Below are positions 11,903 through 22,252 of a stretch of 64,000 nt of DNA, piece after piece. The translations under genes were made by a program, and so were the position numbers. The DNA comes from an uncultured delta proteobacterium (GTDB taxonomy: Bacteria; Desulfobacterota; Binatia; Binatales; Binataceae). Position 1 is the stretch's first letter; each line of letters opens with the position of its first letter. The stretch is from the NCBI GenBank assembly GCA_963765675.1, contig CAVXXK010000005.1:1-64000 (forward strand), given 5' to 3'. The notes under the pieces are model-generated. The model ran no database searches. It was not told the DNA's origin and saw only the letters and a program-made list of their open reading frames with translations.

Positions 11903-14900
11903 TCATGAGGAGCCAACCTTCTGATCCGGTACTATCGTTTGGCTTAACCTATACTTTGCGCGAGAAACTGGAACGATGGCTGGCATCGGGATGGTAGTCC
12001 CGTTTTGATTTTCGTTTTCGGCGTGCGCAAGCAACCCTTCGATCGTCCTGTACTTAAAAAACAACGGCGCAGCTACGCGCATGCCTGCCCTGGTTGCACG
12101 CGCTGCGATTTGAAAGATGTGCAGAGAGTCTGCGCCCAATTCGAATAGATCGTCCCGGATTCCGACCCTCTCCAAGTGAAGAATCTCGGCCCAGATCTCT
12201 GCCAGCGTTCTCTCAGAGGCGGTCCGTGGACCGACAAACTCATGACTGCGCGAGAATTGAACCGTGGCCGGAGCTGGGAGCGCACACCGGTCGAGTTTTC
12301 CGTTCGGCGTAAGTGGCATCGAGTCCAGACGCACCACTGCGGATGGCAGCATATAGTCGGGCAGCTTCCCGATCAGAAATTCGCGGACTGCTGTAACGGT
12401 CAGCGCCTGCTGATTGGAGACCACATAGGCAACCAGTCTCCGGTCGCCAGGGGTGTCCTCACGAAGAATTACCGCGGCACCGGTCACTCCCGGATGCTTA
12501 GCCAGCGCCGATTCAATCTCTCCGAGTTCGATGCGGAAACCGCGCAGCTTCACCTGATTGTCGAACCTGCCCACAAACTCAAGAGTACCGTCGGTCAGCC
12601 GCCGAACCCGGTCACCCGTCCGATACAGGCGCTCATTTCCGTCGACCCGGAATGGATCTCGGATAAACTTCTCCGAGGTCAGCGCCTGCTGGTGAAGATA
12701 TCCGCGCGCGACGCCGGCACCGCCGATATACAATTCGCCATCACATCCTATCGGAGCGAGCTGCCCAGCTTGGTCGAGCACATAGAACTGCGTATTATCG
12801 ATCGGGAATCCAATTGGCACAGGACCCGGTCCAGGTTCAACTCGGATCGCGGACGACCAAATCGTAGTTTCGGTCGGACCGTACATATTCCAAACGGAAC
12901 TCGTCCGCTCCAACAACTGGGTTGCCAGCTCGCGGGATAGGGCCTCGCCGCCACACAAAACCTTAAGCGTAGAACGTTCCGCCCATCCTGCTTCGATCAG
13001 GAGTGCGAACGTAACTGGGGTTGCCTGGATTGCCGTTGCGCCGGACTGGCGCAGGCGAGCGAGGAGCTGACTGCCATCGGACGCCTCCGCACGACTCGCA
13101 ATGACCATTTTCGCTCCGACCGTAAGGGGCAGGAATATTTCCAGCGCCGCGATGTCGAACGAGAGCGTAGTGACCGCGAGCAACGTATCGTGGCAGCCGA
13201 GACCGGGGGTCTTGCTCATCGAGTGTAAGAGATTGACGACCGCACGGTGCGGAATCTCGACGCCCTTGGGTTTACCCGTCGAGCCCGAGGTATATATGAC
13301 ATACGCAAGGTCTTCGGAACTGACCGTGGGCCTCGGATCGTTTTCGCTGTCTTCTCGCGTAATCGCGCTCCAATGACTATCCAGGTAAAGAACCCGTCTG
13401 GAGCCCGGCGGCACGCTACGAGCCAGACTCTCCTGCGTCAATAATATCGGGACCTTCGCGTCTTCGAGCACGAAGGAGATGCGTTCTGCAGGATAGGTCG
13501 GGTCCATCGGTACATACGCGGCACCAGTTTTGAGGACGCCGAGCAAAGCCGTGACCATGTCCAGCGACCGTTCGACAAATACCCCGACCAGCATTCCGAC
13601 ACCGACGCCGAGTTTCTGCAAATGCCGCGCTAGTTGATCGGCACGGTGATTCAGTTCGAAGTATGTTAATTGCCGGCCCTCGTACACCACCGCCACCGCG
13701 TCGGGAGTGCGCTGGGCCTGAGCCTCGAAAAGCTGATGGACGCAGCGTTCGGTCGGAAACTCGGCCTGAGTATCATTCCAACTGGCGATGATGCGCTGAT
13801 GCTCGGCGGTCGATAGCAATGGCAGCGAGGAGATCCTCTGATTCGGATCAGCGCTCATCGCTCCCAACAAAGTAGCGTAGTGCCCCAACCAACGCTCTAT
13901 CGTTGCTTGGTCGAACAGGCCGGTATTGTAGTCGCAGTCGAGCATCAGGCCGTCGGCCGACTCAATGATGTTCAGAAATAGGTCCTGATTGACGAACGAT
14001 TTGGCATTTGGCTCGATCGTCAGCTCGAGTCCGGAAAACTCGATGCCGGAACCCATTCGCTCGAGGTTGAATTGAACCTCCGTCAGTGGCAACCGACTCG
14101 GATCGCGCTTGATCGGCAGCTTTCGAATCAAACGGCCATAAGTATAGTTCTGATGTTCGTACGCATCGAGGAGGGTACGTCTTACCTGAGCGAGATATTG
14201 CGCTGCTGAAAGACTATTCACGACCTCGCCGCGCAATGGCAGAAAATTGACACAATGACCAACCAGGCTCTCGCCGTCGAGTGCCGCCTGTCCGGCAGCG
14301 GGAATTCCGATAACAATGTCTTCCTGCCCGCTGAGGCGGCTCAGTAGAATCTGAAATGCGGCCAGTAACATGACAAATAGCGTGCATTTTTGCTGCGCGC
14401 CGGCCAGTTTGATATCTCGATAAGATTCCGCCGGAATCCGCAGACGACAGGTAGCTCCCTCATAGGATCTGGTGGCGGGTCGTGGCCGATCCAGAGGCAA
14501 CTCGAGAAAAGCCGGAAGCGTGCTGAACTGCTCCTGCCAATAGGTCTCTAGAGCGGAAAGGTTGGAGCTCTGGAAGTGCTTCGCTTGCGACTCCGCGTAT
14601 GCGCCGAAAGTCATCGGCTCTGGAAGCTCGTATGAGCGTCCCGCGCACGCCGCATTGTAGAGTCGGCGAACTTCGTCAAGAATTATATTTGTCGACCATC
14701 CGTCACACACGATATGATGCGCGGTGAATATAAAACGATACTCGCCGGGTCTGACTACTATGAGATTTGCGCGGACCAGCGGACCGCGTTCGAGATCGAA
14801 GGGCGATCTTGCATCATCGGCAATGAATTGTGCCAGCCGCTTTTCGCGTGATTGACCGTCAAGCGGTGTCAAATCCACAATCGGAATTACAAGCTTGGGG

Positions 14901-17900
14901 TCGGGCACGAATTGTTGGTATTCGCCGTTAGCGTCGAATTTCGCCCTCAGCGCCTCGTGCCGGGCAACTACCCTGTCGACGGCTGCGAGAAATGCTGCTA
15001 CGTCGAGATTGCCGCGTAGCTTCAAAGTGAACGATTCGTTGTAACAACACGACGCTTGTTCACTGAGCTTTGCGGAGAGCCAAATCTCCTTTTGTGATTC
15101 AGTCAAGGGCGCCTGCCGCACTGGAACCGTGTGCGTGTTCTCCTTGATCGAAGTCAATCCAGGTTCGGGTGGCTCCGGAGTAATGCCGTTGCCATTCAGG
15201 TGCGAAACGGAGCCATTGCGCGGCAGTTCCATGGGCTCCGAGTGCGGAGCCGGCAGGAATCCCGCAGCCTGGATCTCGAGCACGGACTCCCTGAACGCCT
15301 GAATCACCCGCGCGATATCTTCGTCGCTGTGCGCGGTGGTCAGAAACAGAGGAAACCCTTCTTGAATATGTACTCCGCGTGCGCGCAAATAATAGTACAG
15401 CAGGCCTGCATGGATCAGTTCAGCAGGTAGCGTGAAATACGCAATTGATCCGAAGGTATCAACATGCGCCTGAACCTCCCGCTCTTCAAACAATGCATTC
15501 AAGGCATCGGCCATGTGCGTGGTTTTATTCGCGAGGTGCTCCCATAGTTCAGGTCCCGCGGTGTTTAAGTGATTGAGTACTGCAAATGCCGCGGCCAGGG
15601 CGAGTGGATGTCGCACGAATGTTCCTGCGAAGAACGTCACGCCCGTCTCAGGATATGAATTGTCGCCGTAGTTCCACGTTCCACCGTCGAGCGCGTCCAT
15701 AAAGGCGCTTGTGCCAGCAAGGACGCCAATTGGCAGTCCGCCACCCAGAACCTTTCCGTAAATCGCGAGGTCGGCCTTGATTCCGAACAGCGCCTGACAG
15801 CCTCCGCGATGCACCCGAAACCCTGTAACTACTTCATCGAAGATGAGCGCGGTTCCTGATTGCCGCGTGATACGTCTGACCTCCTTCAGAAAGTCGATCG
15901 GCTGCAGCGCGGGATGGCGGCTCTGAACTGGCTCAACCAGAACCGCCGCGAGTTCGCCTGCGTGAGCTTCGATGTAGCGCAGAGCTTCGGGCGTGCCGTA
16001 GTCAAGGACGATTACGTTCTCAACTTTTTCGCGCGGAATGCCGGGCGCCACGGGCAGTGAGCGCGGCCCATTTGGACCGTTGACGCCCTTGACCACTACT
16101 TCGTCGAACATTCCGTGATAGGCGCCCGTAAAGAGGACTATCTTGCTACGGGCTGTGATAGTGCGTGCCACCCGTAACGCCGCGGTCACCGCTTCCGATC
16201 CGGTATTGCAGAAGGTTACACGCTCCATCCCGGTCATGTCGCAGATAAGATCAGCGACCTTGCCGGCTAACGGCGATTGCGGTCCGGTCTCATAGCCATG
16301 ATCGAGCTGTTCGCGAATCGCCCGATTGACGAAATCCGGCGCATGGCCAAACATGATAGGGCCGTATCCGTTTACCAAGTCGATATACTCATTCCCGTCA
16401 ACGTCCCAGAGCTTCGAGCCGCTGGAACGAACGGTCACGATCGGGTAAACGATTTCCTTCCACTGCAGGCGAAATCCCGCGGCGACTCGAGGGTCAGCCA
16501 GGTGGCTCCGATGCTGCTGTGTCAGCCGCTTGGAGCCTGCGGTCTTCCTGCTGTAACTCTCCACGAGTGCGCGCAGATGTTGTGATTGAAGAGGAGTTAG
16601 CTCCCGGGCTTTCCCTGCTTCAACCGGTACGAATGGAATAAATTTTCTCGGAGTAGGTCCGTGTAGTTTGACGGCCGCGGAGCCGTTCAATCCGTCCACA
16701 GGTTCTCGTTGCGCAGTGGCTACATGGACAGTTCTCGGGTCTGTGATCTGGTCAGGCACCGCGACGAATGCCTTGGTTTCCGTGTTCCTGAGAACCTCCA
16801 ACTGTTTCGCCATCAGGTCCGAAAGCGTCTGAAGTTGGGTTTTGAATAGAAGCTGAAGATCCGGGCCGCCTCCAGCAGACGCAACAGCCGCATCTGCAGG
16901 GCGCGTCGCTGCGCGAGTTCCGCCCGCTGGCCCAGCTTCATTAGAGCACGGCAATTGGTGTTCGGAACGCGAGCTTTCTAGTTCGGCAATATCCGAAGCC
17001 CCTGAGGGTAGAGCTTGTGGCGGCAGTTTCTCATCAAGGTAGGCGGCCAGCGCGTCGAGAGTAGCCAGTTGATCGAGTAGTTGTCTGAACGTGATCTTCA
17101 GGCCAAACTCGGCGTGCAACATTTGCGAGACCTGGGTCAAAAATAGCGAATCGAATCCGAATTCGAGAAAAGTAACCCCGCTGGCTGCGTCGCCGAGTCT
17201 GAGACCCGACAAATCCTCGAAAATACATTCCAGCCTCGACAGGATTCGTGCCTTGCGAGTCTCCAGTCGGGGCGACTGGATCGCCGTACCTTCTGAACTA
17301 CCGGCCGCGCGCGCATCTTCGGGTCGCTGCCCATTAACAGATGCATGGAGGGAAGCCTTGTAGCTCTCAAGATCAGAACCAGATTTTTCGGTTGAGCTGG
17401 TCCGGGATGAATCTTCTTGGCCCGCAAGTGTGTCCGCGTTTCGCGCGGCGGGTCGCGGGCCGCACCAAAACCGCTTGCGTTCGAACGGGTAGAGCGGCAG
17501 CGAAACCCTGCGCCGCGAGTCGCCCGCATAGATTTGCGACCAGTTGGGTTGAGCCCCGTGCAGCCAGAGTTGGCCGAGAGCGTTCAGCACCGATTCCTCT
17601 TCGGTTTGCTGACCGTTACGACCGGGCATCGACGCAATCACGAGTTGATCAGGATTGTTCGCCTGATGCTGTCGCGCGAGCACCGACAGAGTGTTGCCCG
17701 GCCCGACTTCCAGCAGGGCGAAGTCTTCGGCCCGCAGTTTGGCTGCGCCGATTGAGAATCGCACCGGTAGCCGAAGATGATTCGCCCAGTATTCCGGATC
17801 GGTCGCTTCACGCGCCGTAATCCAGTCGCCAGTCACACTCGATAAAAACGGAATCTCGGGAATACTTATCCGCACCGGATCCAGTAACCGGAGGAAGGGC

Positions 17901-20107
17901 TCCCGAGCCGTATCCATCATGCTCGAATGGAACGCGTGAGAGGTCCGCAGCCGCTGGCAGACGATTCCCTCGCTCCCAAGCCGCTGCTCCAGTTCCGCGA
18001 TCGCTTCGCAGGGCCCCGCGACCACGGTGAGTGATGGACCATTGACCGCCGCGAGGTTCGCAGCGGGACCGATAAAGCGCGCGACATCATCCTCGCTCAG
18101 TCGGACCGATAGCATCGCTCCCCGAGGAAGGTCGTGCATCAAGGCGCCGCGCCCGGCGACCAGCTTAAGCGCGTCCTCGAGAGAAAAAACACCTGCCATG
18201 CATGCTGCGACGAATTCGCCAATGCTATGGCCGATCATTGCCTGTGGACGAATACCTAATTGAAGCCAGAGCTGCGCCAATGCGTATTCGACGACAAACA
18301 GCGCAGGTTGCGCGATGGCAGTATCGTTGATTTCTTCGTCGGTTGGCAATGTATAGTTGGAATCAAACAGATTTCTCAGATTCGGTCCCGAGCCTGCGAC
18401 GAGGATCTGCAGACAAATGTCGACTTGCTTCCGAAACTCAGGCTCGGCGAAGTATAGTTGCCGCCCCATCCCAACGTATTGCGATCCCTGTCCAGGGAAC
18501 ATGAATGCGACCGCGAGACGATTAGACGGTGTGATCCGTGTGAGTACTCGTCGGCTGCCGCCTGCCAGCACCGTTACCGCGTCAGCGGTGTCGTGAATCA
18601 CGGTCATTCGACGGGCCTCGAAAGAATGACGGCCCATCATAAGTGTATATGCAACGTCGGCTAATTCAGCAGTCGGATTGGCCACCAGACTATCGGCCAA
18701 GTTCGACGTCGCCGCGTTGAGTGCGGCCTCGGTTTTGGCGGACACCAATATCAGGTGGGCCCCACGCCTCGACTTTGTGGCGAGAGCTTCCGGCGCCTCT
18801 TCCATGACTACATGCGCGTTTGTGCCGCCGATTCCAAAGGCGCTCACGCCCGCGCGTAGGGGCGTGGTGCCGCGCTGCCACGGCGAGAGGGCCGTGTTCA
18901 CATAGAACGGCGAGTCTTCCAGATTCAGTTTCGGATTGGCGCTCTCGAAGTGCAATGTCGGCGGCAACATCCGATGATGCAGCGACATCGCGGTCTTAAT
19001 CAGCCCGGTCACTCCCGCCGCAACGTCCAGATGCCCAACGTTGGTCTTTGCCGTACCCAGCGCGCAGAACTGCCGCCGCGTGGTCGAACGTCGAAAGGCC
19101 TGTGTCAGTGCGGCAATCTCAATCGGATCGCCGAGCGGAGTTCCAGTGCCGTGCGCCTCGATATATGAGATCGAGGCCGGGTCCACGCCGGCCGCGGAAT
19201 GTGCCATCGCGATTGCGCTGGCCTGGCCGTCGACTCCTGGTGCGGTAAAGCCGACCTTTGCGGCGCCATCGTTGGTTACTCCGAATCCTTTAATCACGGC
19301 GTAGATCCGATCCCGGTCGGCAACCGCCTCCTGAAAACGTTTCAGGAGAACCACCGCGGCGCCATCACCGAAAACTGTGCCCTGGCTCGCGGCGTCGAAG
19401 GTTCGGCAATGACCATCGGGCGATACCATCCCTCCCGGCTCGTATAGGTAGCCGCGCCTCTGCGGAAACGTGATCGAAACGCCGCCGGCTAGCGCCATAT
19501 CACATTGATAGTTCTGCAGGCTGAGACATGCCTGCGATACGGCGACCAGTGAAGTAGAGCATCCGCAGTTAAGTGAGAATGCAGGTCCGCGCAAGTTCAG
19601 TTTGTAAGCGACCCGGGTCGGCAGAAATTCGAAATTGCTGCCCAGCGTAGTAATAAAGTTACTTACCTGATAACCGGCCGTATACTGAGAGATGTCATCG
19701 CGATTCGAGCATACGTGTTGTGCGAAGTAGCTATTGAAACTGCACCCCGCGAACACCGCGGTAATACCCGTGTACACCAGCGGGTCATAGCCGGAATCTT
19801 CGAACGCATGCCAGCAGCACTCCAAAAACATCCGCTGTTGAGGGTCGATCAGCTCAGCCTCTTTCGGATAAATGCCGAAGAACGCGGCATCAAACTTGTC
19901 GGCATCCTCGATGATCGCGCGCGCGCGCACGTAGTTGGGCATCCCGGAAACCGCTGCGGCGTCATCGATTTCGAGCTCCCCCGGCGCAAAGTGAGTGATC
20001 GATTCAACGCCCGCGCATAGGTTGCGCCAGAACTCGTTGATGTCCCGAGCTCCCGGGAATCTGCCGGCCATCCCGATAATCGCGATGTCAGTCAGAGCGT
20101 CACTCAT
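11903..20107 (-). CDS. Hybrid PKS-NRPS KS-AT-ACP-aminotransferase-C-A(Gly)-T
   Basis: KS: CGCSTSL, EAHGTGT, NVGHLD. AT: GHSIG and HAFHS (malonyl type). ACP: GFDSL. Class III aminotransferase: FDEVVTGFR, YGKVLGGG. C: HHIVCDG. A: YTSGSTGKPKG, hand-read code DILQLGMIWK. T: LGADSL. Confidence 0.95.
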   Translation of the reverse strand: MSDALTDIAIIGMAGRFPGARDINEFWRNLCAGVESITHFAPGELEIDDAAAVSGMPNYVRARAIIEDADKFDAAFFGIYPKEAELIDPQQRMFLECCWHAFEDSGYDPLVYTGITAVFAGCSFNSYFAQHVCSNRDDISQYTAGYQVSNFITTLGSNFEFLPTRVAYKLNLRGPAFSLNCGCSTSLVAVSQACLSLQNYQCDMALAGGVSITFPQRRGYLYEPGGMVSPDGHCRTFDAASQGTVFGDGAAVVLLKRFQEAVADRDRIYAVIKGFGVTNDGAAKVGFTAPGVDGQASAIAMAHSAAGVDPASISYIEAHGTGTPLGDPIEIAALTQAFRRSTTRRQFCALGTAKTNVGHLDVAAGVTGLIKTAMSLHHRMLPPTLHFESANPKLNLEDSPFYVNTALSPWQRGTTPLRAGVSAFGIGGTNAHVVMEEAPEALATKSRRGAHLILVSAKTEAALNAATSNLADSLVANPTAELADVAYTLMMGRHSFEARRMTVIHDTADAVTVLAGGSRRVLTRITPSNRLAVAFMFPGQGSQYVGMGRQLYFAEPEFRKQVDICLQILVAGSGPNLRNLFDSNYTLPTDEEINDTAIAQPALFVVEYALAQLWLQLGIRPQAMIGHSIGEFVAACMAGVFSLEDALKLVAGRGALMHDLPRGAMLSVRLSEDDVARFIGPAANLAAVNGPSLTVVAGPCEAIAELEQRLGSEGIVCQRLRTSHAFHSSMMDTAREPFLRLLDPVRISIPEIPFLSSVTGDWITAREATDPEYWANHLRLPVRFSIGAAKLRAEDFALLEVGPGNTLSVLARQHQANNPDQLVIASMPGRNGQQTEEESVLNALGQLWLHGAQPNWSQIYAGDSRRRVSLPLYPFERKRFWCGPRPAARNADTLAGQEDSSRTSSTEKSGSDLESYKASLHASVNGQRPEDARAAGSSEGTAIQSPRLETRKARILSRLECIFEDLSGLRLGDAASGVTFLEFGFDSLFLTQVSQMLHAEFGLKITFRQLLDQLATLDALAAYLDEKLPPQALPSGASDIAELESSRSEHQLPCSNEAGPAGGTRAATRPADAAVASAGGGPDLQLLFKTQLQTLSDLMAKQLEVLRNTETKAFVAVPDQITDPRTVHVATAQREPVDGLNGSAAVKLHGPTPRKFIPFVPVEAGKARELTPLQSQHLRALVESYSRKTAGSKRLTQQHRSHLADPRVAAGFRLQWKEIVYPIVTVRSSGSKLWDVDGNEYIDLVNGYGPIMFGHAPDFVNRAIREQLDHGYETGPQSPLAGKVADLICDMTGMERVTFCNTGSEAVTAALRVARTITARSKIVLFTGAYHGMFDEVVVKGVNGPNGPRSLPVAPGIPREKVENVIVLDYGTPEALRYIEAHAGELAAVLVEPVQSRHPALQPIDFLKEVRRITRQSGTALIFDEVVTGFRVHRGGCQALFGIKADLAIYGKVLGGGLPIGVLAGTSAFMDALDGGTWNYGDNSYPETGVTFFAGTFVRHPLALAAAFAVLNHLNTAGPELWEHLANKTTHMADALNALFEEREVQAHVDTFGSIAYFTLPAELIHAGLLYYYLRARGVHIQEGFPLFLTTAHSDEDIARVIQAFRESVLEIQAAGFLPAPHSEPMELPRNGSVSHLNGNGITPEPPEPGLTSIKENTHTVPVRQAPLTESQKEIWLSAKLSEQASCCYNESFTLKLRGNLDVAAFLAAVDRVVARHEALRAKFDANGEYQQFVPDPKLVIPIVDLTPLDGQSREKRLAQFIADDARSPFDLERGPLVRANLIVVRPGEYRFIFTAHHIVCDGWSTNIILDEVRRLYNAACAGRSYELPEPMTFGAYAESQAKHFQSSNLSALETYWQEQFSTLPAFLELPLDRPRPATRSYEGATCRLRIPAESYRDIKLAGAQQKCTLFVMLLAAFQILLSRLSGQEDIVIGIPAAGQAALDGESLVGHCVNFLPLRGEVVNSLSAAQYLAQVRRTLLDAYEHQNYTYGRLIRKLPIKRDPSRLPLTEVQFNLERMGSGIEFSGLELTIEPNAKSFVNQDLFLNIIESADGLMLDCDYNTGLFDQATIERWLGHYATLLGAMSADPNQRISSLPLLSTAEHQRIIASWNDTQAEFPTERCVHQLFEAQAQRTPDAVAVVYEGRQLTYFELNHRADQLARHLQKLGVGVGMLVGVFVERSLDMVTALLGVLKTGAAYVPMDPTYPAERISFVLEDAKVPILLTQESLARSVPPGSRRVLYLDSHWSAITREDSENDPRPTVSSEDLAYVIYTSGSTGKPKGVEIPHRAVVNLLHSMSKTPGLGCHDTLLAVTTLSFDIAALEIFLPLTVGAKMVIASRAEASDGSQLLARLRQSGATAIQATPVTFALLIEAGWAERSTLKVLCGGEALSRELATQLLERTSSVWNMYGPTETTIWSSAIRVEPGPGPVPIGFPIDNTQFYVLDQAGQLAPIGCDGELYIGGAGVARGYLHQQALTSEKFIRDPFRVDGNERLYRTGDRVRRLTDGTLEFVGRFDNQVKLRGFRIELGEIESALAKHPGVTGAAVILREDTPGDRRLVAYVVSNQQALTVTAVREFLIGKLPDYMLPSAVVRLDSMPLTPNGKLDRCALPAPATVQFSRSHEFVGPRTASERTLAEIWAEILHLERVGIRDDLFELGADSLHIFQIAARATRAGMRVAAPLFFKYRTIEGLLAHAENENQNGTTIPMPAIVPVSRAKYRLSQTIVPDQKVGSS

Positions 20108-20149
20108 TGCAATCGATTCCGTTTGGACTCCATCATTTGAATCCGCGGA

Positions 20150-22252
20150 TCACCCCGCGCGTCGCGACAGCATTTCGCGCTGACGCCGAGCCCGAAGTTG
20201 CAGATCGTTGCCGACCGGCGAAAATTGGCTGTCGCCGCTCAGATGCTCGGCGAGGGTCGCAACGGTCGGGTATTGAAACAGATCCGTGATTATCAACTTT
20301 TCGGCGAGCAAGCGCTGCAGTTTGGAGTGGACCTCGATCAGTTGCAGCGAATCACCACCGAGGTCGAAGAAGCTCGTGTCCACCTCAACCGCCGGCAGAT
20401 GCAGGACATCGCGCCAGACCGAAGAGATTGTCGTTTCGATTTTGCTCAACCGCCCCGTGGGTTCTCGATTGGATTGTGAGGCCACCGCGTCTTCGCGAAG
20501 CCGCACGAGCGCATCACGATCGATCTTGCCATTGCGAGTCAGCGGAATTTCAGCGACCGCCACGAACGCCGCCGGGATCATATAGTGCGGCAGCTTCTCC
20601 ATAAGAAATGCGCGCAATTCTTGCTGCGCGGGTGCAGGGAACGAATGCGGCGTTACATATGCGACCAACCGCTTTTCCTCGCAGGTATCTTTTTCCGCCA
20701 CGACCACGGCATCGCGGATGGCCGGATGCTGGCGCAGGGTCTCGGCAATCTCACCGGGTTCGATTCGATATCCAAATATTTTGACCTGATCGTCCATGCG
20801 TCCCAGAAATTCAAGGGCGCCATCGGCGCGATACCGGACGAGATCGCCGGTGCGATAGAGGCGCTGCGAGGACTCCGCGGCCCAGGCGGGCACCACAAAT
20901 TTTTCCGCAGTCAGATCGCCCTGGTTCAAGTACCCTCGAGCGACTCCATCACCACCGATGTAGAGCTCTCCAACTTCTCCCACCGCCACCTGATTGAACT
21001 CGGAATCCAGCACCCACACCGGGGTTCCGGCGATCGGAAATCCGATTGGAACCGAAGGTCCTTCCAGATATTCCGGGTGCGCAGTAAGACACACCGCAAA
21101 GGTCGTCGCCTCTGTCGGGCCATAACCATTTACGAGCCGGCAACCGGGCAACGCCGCGACCGCGGTGCGAAAATGCGCAAGCGATCCCGAATCGCCGCCA
21201 GTTACTAACTGCTTGAGTCGGCAGAGTGCATCTGGATGATGATCGATCATCAGATTGAACAATCCCGCCGGAAGCCAGACTGTGCTGATTTCATAACGGC
21301 GAATGGCCGCCGCGATATCCTCGAGCGCCGGCGTCCCCGGCGGCAGGAGCACCAGGCTGCCCCCGTTCAGCAAGGGTCCCCAGATTTCAAGTGTTGCCGC
21401 ATCGAAGCAGACTGGCGCTAACTGCATGAACCGCTGGCCGGCGTCGAACGATAGATAGTCCGTGTTTTTCACCAGGCGAATGACGCCGCGATGTTCGATC
21501 AGGACGCCCTTGGGCGAGCCGCTCGAGCCCGAGGTGTACATCACGTAGACAAGGTTGTTAGCAGCGACCCGTGCATTGAGATTAGCTCCGTCGCGTAATC
21601 CGATCGCGGCTGCTTCGCGATCGATTAGCAACAGCTTTGAGAGCTCATCCGGCAGTGACCCGATGCATGAGGAATCGGTGATCACGATCGGCGCGCGCGT
21701 ATCCCTCAGCATGAATGCAAGGCGCTTGCGGGGATAATCGGGATCAAGCGGAACGTAAGCGCCACCGGCTTTGAGTACCGCGAGCATGGCGACCACTAAG
21801 TCGAATGAACGGCGCAGACAGACGCCGACCAATACTTCAGCCTGCACGCCCTGTGGGGCCAGATGGCGGGCCAGGCGATTGGCGCGCTCATTCAACTCAC
21901 GGTATGTGATTTGCTCATCGCCCAGGATCAGCGCGATAGCCTCGGGGTTGTGAGCGGCCTGCTGCTCAAACCATCCATGGACCGTAGCGAGATGACTCTT
22001 TTCCGTACGCCGCCCGATGTCAGCCATTCGGCATTGGCCGTACCTCGATAGTGACGCTGACGATTCCGCACCCTTTACCATGCGCACGCTACGGCCCCAA
22101 TTTGCCCGCGGTCTGTTCGCGTTCAATTCCGAAATCGCTTCTGACATTTCCAGCTCTAGCGACGCGGGTACGGTCTGCCCGACTCGGCAAGACTCTCTCC
22201 TTGCACCCGAATAATCTCTCCGCGACGATGCCGCGTTGGCAGGCCGTTGCAA
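20150..22252 (-). CDS. NRPS loading didomain A-T (Val-like specificity)
   Basis: YTSGSSGSPKG, NGYGPTE, YRTGDL, NGKIDR and T FFDLGGDSL are present. Hand-read code DALWVGGTFK. The true start is probably downstream (~22147 or ~22020). Confidence 0.9.
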   Translation of the reverse strand: MQRPANAASSRRDYSGARRESCRVGQTVPASLELEMSEAISELNANRPRANWGRSVRMVKGAESSASLSRYGQCRMADIGRRTEKSHLATVHGWFEQQAAHNPEAIALILGDEQITYRELNERANRLARHLAPQGVQAEVLVGVCLRRSFDLVVAMLAVLKAGGAYVPLDPDYPRKRLAFMLRDTRAPIVITDSSCIGSLPDELSKLLLIDREAAAIGLRDGANLNARVAANNLVYVMYTSGSSGSPKGVLIEHRGVIRLVKNTDYLSFDAGQRFMQLAPVCFDAATLEIWGPLLNGGSLVLLPPGTPALEDIAAAIRRYEISTVWLPAGLFNLMIDHHPDALCRLKQLVTGGDSGSLAHFRTAVAALPGCRLVNGYGPTEATTFAVCLTAHPEYLEGPSVPIGFPIAGTPVWVLDSEFNQVAVGEVGELYIGGDGVARGYLNQGDLTAEKFVVPAWAAESSQRLYRTGDLVRYRADGALEFLGRMDDQVKIFGYRIEPGEIAETLRQHPAIRDAVVVAEKDTCEEKRLVAYVTPHSFPAPAQQELRAFLMEKLPHYMIPAAFVAVAEIPLTRNGKIDRDALVRLREDAVASQSNREPTGRLSKIETTISSVWRDVLHLPAVEVDTSFFDLGGDSLQLIEVHSKLQRLLAEKLIITDLFQYPTVATLAEHLSGDSQFSPVGNDLQLRARRQREMLSRRAG